Of a stretch of 64,000 nt of DNA, positions 58,475 to 64,000 are shown in pieces (the first letter of the stretch is position 1; every line of letters begins with the position of its first letter). A model generated the notes under the pieces. The model ran no database searches and was not told the DNA's origin. It was given only the letters and a program-made list of their open reading frames with translations. The position numbers and the translations under genes were made by a program. Origin of the DNA: Pelagomonas calceolata (Eukaryota); contig CAKKNE010000002.1 in assembly GCA_918797485.1 (NCBI GenBank), positions 2,728,001 to 2,792,000 on the forward strand. Direction: 5' to 3'.

Positions 58475-60061
58475 CTATGTATGTCTGTAGTCGGCTGGTC
58501 GCCGCTCCATGCCCTTCTCGGCCGCGAGGCGCTTGAAGCGGCCGCCCGCGGGTCCGGTGAAGATCGGCTGCGTCAGATTCGGCGGTGGAGGTAGGCAGGT
58601 CCGCGGCGGCTCGCCGAACTCCTTGCAGACCTCGGGGCTGATGCGGCACGGCCGCTCGCAGCGCCGATTCAGTTTCGCGTCCGTCTTCATGTCCGAAAAA
58701 CAGTTCCGCCCCGGCGAGAAGGACCACGGCGTTTTTAAAGATACGCCCGTCATATAAGTAACAACGAAGCGCGCGAAGTTCGACGTGCAGTCGCCGACAA
58801 AGGCAGAGGCACAGCGCGCCGCCACGTCCAACGACAACAAAATGCGCGCCAGTTCCGTCGCCCCGTCGGTATGGATCTGGTTCTGGTGGGGGCCGCTCCG
58901 ACTCCCGAAAAATTGTTGAGCGGACGACGTCATGCCCGTCGACGCCGGCAACGGGACGACTTTCCCGATTTCCGGATTTAACAGAGAGGCGTCGCCGACC
59001 ATGTCCCCGTCGTCCGTCAGCAAGAGTACGGGCGTCTCCTTCAGTGTACGTCCATCTATTCCAACGAGGGGCCCCAGGTCGCGCAGGCCGTCCTCGAGGT
59101 CGACCATGAACGACGCCGAGGCGAACTTGGACCCGCCGGAGGTCTCGACACGCGCGTGGTGCCTTACTTGAAGTAAGGCGCAGGTCGCGTTCGGTAGAGG
59201 AAAAGGGTGGCTCTGGCGTAAAACCGCCTGGCGCCTTCTCAGGTAACGACTTGGTCGGAGCATCGCCGCCATGGCCATCGCCCGTATGAGAGAAAGGTGG
59301 TCGTCGCCCGCGACCTTCCGTAGGTCGGTTCCAGCGGATTGATGCTTCACCTTCATAGTCCCGCTATTGCAGGGCAAGTTATGCCGCGGCGAGCACGGTC
59401 GGGCTTGCTTGCGCGCGAAGCCGAACGGCCGCGGCTCGTTGTCCCAGTGCCGCAGCTCCTCATCGCAAACCGTCAGCGGCAGGAAGAGGCAGTCCCAGCG
59501 GTTGCCCGGCGCGAAGGGGTCCTGACTTCGCCCGCCGCCGCAGAGCCTCCCGCTGGACCCGTCGCGCGGGCCGTAGGCCCAGCCCATGAGAGACCGCGGA
59601 ATTATGGAGAGGCCGCGCGCCCAGGCCGTCGTCAGCGAGTCGGCCCACTGGTGCGCGTTCGGGCCCAGTACGGTGGGAGCCGCGACCTGGATAAAGCCCT
59701 CCTCACAAATACCCGCGGCCCACTGGCGCACGCGCCACTCCTTCGCGAAGGCGTCCCGCAGTTCCGCGAGGGGCCCCGCCGGCCGCGCGAGGCGTAGGAC
59801 CGTGTCGCGGCCCCACGGCTCCGTTACGACGCGCCAGTCCGCGCGCGGCGCGAGGAAGGCGTCTATCTGTGAAGCGGCGTCGCTGTAGTTCCACTTTTGT
59901 TTTGGCCACGTCATCTCCAGTACATCTTCTTTCTCGTGGGCTTCGAGTGTAGCGTGGAGATCCTCCAGGCGGTCGAGCTGCAGGTCGAGGGCAGCCGCGA
60001 GGGGCAGCCATAGTTGTGCGTACCGCATCAATGCGGTGCCGCGGGTGTCATTCGTTGGCAT
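58475..60061 (-). CDS. Alpha-1,6-fucosyltransferase (GT23)-like protein
   Basis: WDCLFLPLTVC, LQVRH, VLLLTDD, LLSLDVAARC..FVG..TSNFARFV. Confidence 0.6.
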   Translation of the reverse strand: MPTNDTRGTALMRYAQLWLPLAAALDLQLDRLEDLHATLEAHEKEDVLEMTWPKQKWNYSDAASQIDAFLAPRADWRVVTEPWGRDTVLRLARPAGPLAELRDAFAKEWRVRQWAAGICEEGFIQVAAPTVLGPNAHQWADSLTTAWARGLSIIPRSLMGWAYGPRDGSSGRLCGGGRSQDPFAPGNRWDCLFLPLTVCDEELRHWDNEPRPFGFARKQARPCSPRHNLPCNSGTMKVKHQSAGTDLRKVAGDDHLSLIRAMAMAAMLRPSRYLRRRQAVLRQSHPFPLPNATCALLQVRHHARVETSGGSKFASASFMVDLEDGLRDLGPLVGIDGRTLKETPVLLLTDDGDMVGDASLLNPEIGKVVPLPASTGMTSSAQQFFGSRSGPHQNQIHTDGATELARILLSLDVAARCASAFVGDCTSNFARFVVTYMTGVSLKTPWSFSPGRNCFSDMKTDAKLNRRCERPCRISPEVCKEFGEPPRTCLPPPPNLTQPIFTGPAGGRFKRLAAEKGMERRPADYRHT

Positions 60062-60110
60062 TCATGCTCCCGTACGCATCCATGTGGTCGCGCCCGAGCC
60101 TGTTTTGATG

Positions 60111-60133
60111 GCTAGCGACTTAAAGACACTAGC
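60111..60133 (+). promoter_or_regulatory. CTAG bipartite motif copy
   Basis: gctagcgacttaaagacactagc between divergent starts 60061(-) and 60394(+). Confidence 0.75.
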
Positions 60134-60393
60134 AAACTATACTCGACGCTCTGCGGCCGCTACTGAGCGCGGTGCGCGGACTTCTGGCCCGTAACGAGAG
60201 GGTTGTGCCACAAAACGGCTACACTGGCTCGACCCAGCGTGGCGTCGAATAACTTGGGCACGCCGCCGAGATCAGCCCTTGGCACCCACCTAGTGTGGGC
60301 GCCGCCGTCGGAATCCCGGCGAATTATTGGCACCTGCCCTCTCCCAGAGGTCCACTGGGTCTCGCTTGGAAGAAGATATTGATCGATCGATCC

Positions 60394-61002
60394 ATGTCGT
60401 CATCGAAAAAACGACCGCAGAAGTCGTCGTCGTCCTCCTCCAAGAAGCAGCGCGCCGGCGCCGACGAGGAGGCCCGCCTCGTCGACGCGCTCTCCGAGAA
60501 GAAGCCGACGCGCAAGGAGATCGAGTCGACGGAGCCCGGCGGCGCGCCGACGGTGATCGAGCGCACGCTGCCGAGCTTCTTCGACTTTTACCCGCGCGTG
60601 AAGCGGGCATACGATTCTCTCAAGAAGAAGGGCCCCGCCGCCGCGCGCCTCGAGCTCCTGCGGGCCTGCGAGACCGTGCTGACGACGGGCAACGCCGACG
60701 CCATGGGGAAACTGGTGAAGGCCGCGCTCGCTGGCGAGGCCGGCGACGCGGCCGCGCCCATCGACGTCGACGCCGACGGCGCGGACGACGACGCCACCTT
60801 CCGCTGGCAGGCCGACGGCGGCTCCGCGGGCTGGATGGACTTCGACGACGCGTCGAACGCCGTCGCGGAGCGCGCGCGCAAATCGGGCGCGACGGAAACG
60901 CGGTTCGTGAACCAGTACGGGTCCTACACGCTCAAGCTCGACTTCATGGTGCAGGTCAACACGCACACGGGCACGACGCGGCCCGTGCGATACGTGTCCT
61001 AG
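60394..61002 (+). CDS. WWE-domain protein
   Basis: FRWQ..G..GWMDFDD....VAERA......Y.L..DFMVQVNT.TG..RPVR. Confidence 0.75.
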   Translation: MSSSKKRPQKSSSSSSKKQRAGADEEARLVDALSEKKPTRKEIESTEPGGAPTVIERTLPSFFDFYPRVKRAYDSLKKKGPAAARLELLRACETVLTTGNADAMGKLVKAALAGEAGDAAAPIDVDADGADDDATFRWQADGGSAGWMDFDDASNAVAERARKSGATETRFVNQYGSYTLKLDFMVQVNTHTGTTRPVRYVS

Positions 61003-61017
61003 CCTATTGTAACACTG

Positions 61018-63594
61018 TTAGTAATCCGCCGCGTACGCCAGCGCGTGCGGCGACGCGGGGCCCGGCGCCGACACGGCGCTCTGGAGCCACGCACGCCGCC
61101 ACAGGACGAATGCCGCGGAAATGCTTCCGCGCCGTGCCATCCGCCGGAGGACCTGCACAGAGGCCTCGGAGCGCGTCGCCACGCCTGGCCGCGAGAGTTG
61201 CGTCCGGCGCCGCCAGGCTCGGAAGTAGAGCGCGACGGTATCCGCGCCACACCGGACCAGGAGCGGCGTCAACTTGACGAGGATCCGCATGCGCGCCTTT
61301 TCGGCCTTCTTCCGCGCCGCCCGCGCGTCCCGTTTTGCTTGCCTCACCTTGCGAGTGAGGGGCGTGGCCTCCTCGACTTTCCGAGGTCTGCGATCGGCGT
61401 CTGCGGTGGCTTTTTGATCGCGCTTCGCCGCGGCGTCCGTGGCTGGGCGAGCCGCCAGGGTACCCACCGTGGCGTCTCTGGTCGCTTTTTTATCGCGCTC
61501 CGCCTTAGCATCCGCGGCTCGTCGAGACGCTAGCGCCTCGGCGCGGGCGGCCCGCGCCTCGTCGAGTGCGGCGTCTCGTTCCGACACGGCTGAAGCGACC
61601 GCAGCTTTCGCGGACGCGACGTCCCTCGCCGAGGCCGCCCGCAGGGCCGCGAGATCCGCCATGGCTCGCTCCCGCGCTTCGACAGCGACCGTAGCTGCGG
61701 CCTCGCGGGCCGTCGATGCAGCTTGGGCGGCGGCCGCAATGGCGCTCGCCGCGCGCTTCTCGGCGGCCGCAGTGCCCGCTTTCGCCCGCGCTTCAGCGTC
61801 CTGTGCCGCGGCGAGCGCGAAGCCGGCCCTTGTCTCGGCATCGGAGATCCGCCGCGCCGCGTCCGCGTAGGCGGCGTCGGCGCGAGCGGCGGCGCGCGCC
61901 ACCGCAGCAACTTCGATAGCACGGCGCCGCGCGTGCGCCACGCGTAGGTTTGCCAGCGCAGCACGGAGCCGGCGGTCCACGCGTCGAGCGACGCACCGCG
62001 CGAGCATCGAAACCGCGGTCCGCCGCGCGGCCGCCGCCCGCCGCGACACAAAGGCCGCGCGGCGCCACTCGCGGAACGCCGCCGTGCAGCTCTCCGCCTG
62101 CACGCGCCGGCGGCCGTGCAAGACAATGAACGCGGCGGCGGCGTACGCCCGCGGCCGCGGCGGCGGCGGGCGCAACGGAAGGAGCCACCGCGGACCGACC
62201 CAGCGCGTGAATGCGCGCCGCATTCGCAGCACGTTCGCAGGTCTGCTCGCCCCTCTCAAAACGTAGAAGCCGAGCTTGCGCGCGAGGTCCCAGTGGCCTC
62301 CTATCAAGTCACACGCGCCGTCGAGCCGGGCCGACGCGTGGTGCGCGCAGGCCACGGCCTTCTCGACCGCCCGCCGCGCGCCGCGCGCCGCGGCGCGGAC
62401 GCGCCACTGGGACCACGCCCGCCGTGCCCGCGCCCGCGCGAGCGCCGCCGCCGTCGCTCTGAGCGCCACGTGCTTGGCCGCTTCGAGGGCGCGGCACCGG
62501 ACAGGGGCCAGCAGCTCCGCCTGGCGGCGGCGCGCGTTAGCCGCCGCCACCGCCGCGAGGCATTGGACGCGGAAGACGCCGTGGCGGTGGATCCGGTCGT
62601 GGTGCGCCAGGCGCGCCCAGGCCGCGCGCCGCGCCGCCGCCACGGCCATGGCGCCGCAGGCCCGGAGCGCCGCGCCGCGGTCCGCCCACTTCGGCCGGAC
62701 GATTCGCGCCCACTGCTTTATGGCCCGCATCTTGCGCCGCCGATGCCATTTCCGATTCGCCGCGACCAGCGCGCCGCCGACCGCCGCGTGGCGCCGCCGA
62801 CAATCCCCGCCGCGCCGGAGGCGGGCCAGCGCGGTGCGCTTCTCCGCGACGACGCGGAACTGGAGGACGCGGAGCAAGGCCCTCGTTGTCCGCGCCGCGC
62901 ATCGCAGCTGATCGAGCGCGCGCAGCTTGCGTCGCCGGTTTTGCGAACGCGCCACGTTGGCGACTGCCGCGGTGACGGCCGTGCACGGCGTCGGGGCCGG
63001 GTTCGCGGTCGCGGCAGCTAGGACCCTCCCGAACGCGCGGAGGAGCAGTCGCCGGCGCCGAATACGGGTAGAGCGGTCGAGGGCGCGCGCGACGGCGTCG
63101 AGCCCCGCCCGCCGCCTCTGCTCCGAGCGGCGCCCAGCCTTGACGCCGCGTCCGAGCGCACGCCACGCGCCGTCGATAGAATTTCGGCGCCAGCGCGACG
63201 CACACGCTCCCAGCAACAGCGCGAGCGGCCGGAGGTCCGATCCGCGCAACGCGGTCCAGGCGCCCCGGAGCCGTCGCGTGGCGGAGGCGTCGACCGCGCG
63301 CCGCGCCGCGAGCACTACGGCGACGGCGGCCGGCGCCGCTTGCGCGAGCCGCGGCGGCGGTCCCGCGGGCGCGAGGGCTGCCCACGTCCGCCGTAGTTTG
63401 TCTTCGAGCAGGCCTTTGAGGAGCTGCGCGCCGGCGCCGCGGCGGCACGCGTCGCGGTTGACCCGCCGTACGCGCGGCTTCTCGAAGTTGTAACACGCCA
63501 CAGGCCGCTCCCGGGCCGGCGGCGGCGGGCAGTTCTCGACGCTGTACCGGCAACGCGTGAGCGCCCGCTCCTTCCGCAGGTGGGCTGCGATCAT
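61018..63594 (-). CDS. Sfi1-like (AFxxW repeat) coiled-coil protein
   Basis: 858-aa R/A-rich ORF with periodic GAWTAL, AIKQW, RAWSQW, RAFTRW, AAFREW, YFRAW and AFVLW, plus an Ala-rich coiled coil. Confidence 0.55.
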   Translation of the reverse strand: MIAAHLRKERALTRCRYSVENCPPPPARERPVACYNFEKPRVRRVNRDACRRGAGAQLLKGLLEDKLRRTWAALAPAGPPPRLAQAAPAAVAVVLAARRAVDASATRRLRGAWTALRGSDLRPLALLLGACASRWRRNSIDGAWRALGRGVKAGRRSEQRRRAGLDAVARALDRSTRIRRRRLLLRAFGRVLAAATANPAPTPCTAVTAAVANVARSQNRRRKLRALDQLRCAARTTRALLRVLQFRVVAEKRTALARLRRGGDCRRRHAAVGGALVAANRKWHRRRKMRAIKQWARIVRPKWADRGAALRACGAMAVAAARRAAWARLAHHDRIHRHGVFRVQCLAAVAAANARRRQAELLAPVRCRALEAAKHVALRATAAALARARARRAWSQWRVRAAARGARRAVEKAVACAHHASARLDGACDLIGGHWDLARKLGFYVLRGASRPANVLRMRRAFTRWVGPRWLLPLRPPPPRPRAYAAAAFIVLHGRRRVQAESCTAAFREWRRAAFVSRRAAAARRTAVSMLARCVARRVDRRLRAALANLRVAHARRRAIEVAAVARAAARADAAYADAARRISDAETRAGFALAAAQDAEARAKAGTAAAEKRAASAIAAAAQAASTAREAAATVAVEARERAMADLAALRAASARDVASAKAAVASAVSERDAALDEARAARAEALASRRAADAKAERDKKATRDATVGTLAARPATDAAAKRDQKATADADRRPRKVEEATPLTRKVRQAKRDARAARKKAEKARMRILVKLTPLLVRCGADTVALYFRAWRRRTQLSRPGVATRSEASVQVLRRMARRGSISAAFVLWRRAWLQSAVSAPGPASPHALAYAADY

Positions 63595-63648
63595 CGGCTC
63601 ATCGCGGCACTTTCATCATCGGCTCGCATCATCGCGGCACTTTTCATC
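63591..63648. repeat. Short tandem repeat at the gene start
   Basis: tcatcgcggcacttt(t)catc occurs twice. Confidence 0.7.
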
Positions 63649-64000
63649 GTTGCATGCATTGGGGCTGCCTGGCGACCGCGTTCGGCCGCATTAGCTGCAC
63701 TCTGGACCACAGTTTGGCTTCGCAACCATGGCCCATGGCCAACGAAATTGACGGCGCGAACTCGAGCGCTCCAGTGGAGTCAGGAGGACACCTCGTTATG
63801 CTTCCCTTGGTGTTGTTACCGATCTAAGAGAGCGTCGACTAAAGCATTAAAACGGGTTTTACTCGGCCAAAATCGACTCTTTAATCGAGACAAAAGCCGC
63901 CCAATCTCTCGACCAAGTGCAGTTTCTGGCACCCAGCGTTAGTCCGCAGCTAGCCAGCAGCGGTGGGCAACCGATAACACCGTGAGGAGCTGCATCTGAG

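Noticed and set aside
1307..60133. CTAG motif interpreted as CRISPR repeats or Helitron 3' ends
   Set aside because: Copies are dispersed singly with variable internal spacing in a eukaryotic context, with no array or cas genes. There is no shared upstream element body as expected for Helitrons.
80..63942. Hundreds of long Arg/Ala/Pro-rich overlapping ORFs in the ORF track (e.g. 33449-35215, 44803-46398, 50876-52405, 19484-20749)
   Set aside because: They are shadow or antisense frames of real GC-rich genes; stop codons are rare at this GC content and no domains were recognised.

Overview
Gene-dense, very GC-rich eukaryotic nuclear DNA with about 43 mostly intronless genes on both strands. 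The introner-type introns ending TTGATTTCCACACAG, the bipartite plastid-targeting leaders and a PDI-type selenoprotein suggest a pelagophyte alga such as Pelagomonas; this is an inference. Recognisable genes include NDUFS8, VAMP7, RRP41, CLPTM1, a SET1-like methyltransferase, a GH36 raffinose synthase, a Shewanella-like phosphatase, neurochondrin and a 4-repeat cyclic-nucleotide-binding channel. The most notable features: (1) a ~22-bp bipartite motif GCTAGCG-N3-6-TAAGACACTAG(C), found ~18 times, almost always once per 5' or divergent intergenic region and never seen in a CDS, which is a candidate genome-wide promoter or chromatin element; (2) a 54-bp junction (5492-5545) with two back-to-back splice acceptors joining two headless gene halves, a channel C-terminus and a PDI-like selenoprotein with a CC-loop SECIS; (3) introner elements spliced in either orientation; (4) several unusual domain fusions; (5) a 1.8-kb gene-free island with a degenerate 290-bp-period repeat. 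All calls come from reading the sequence by eye; no database search was run.
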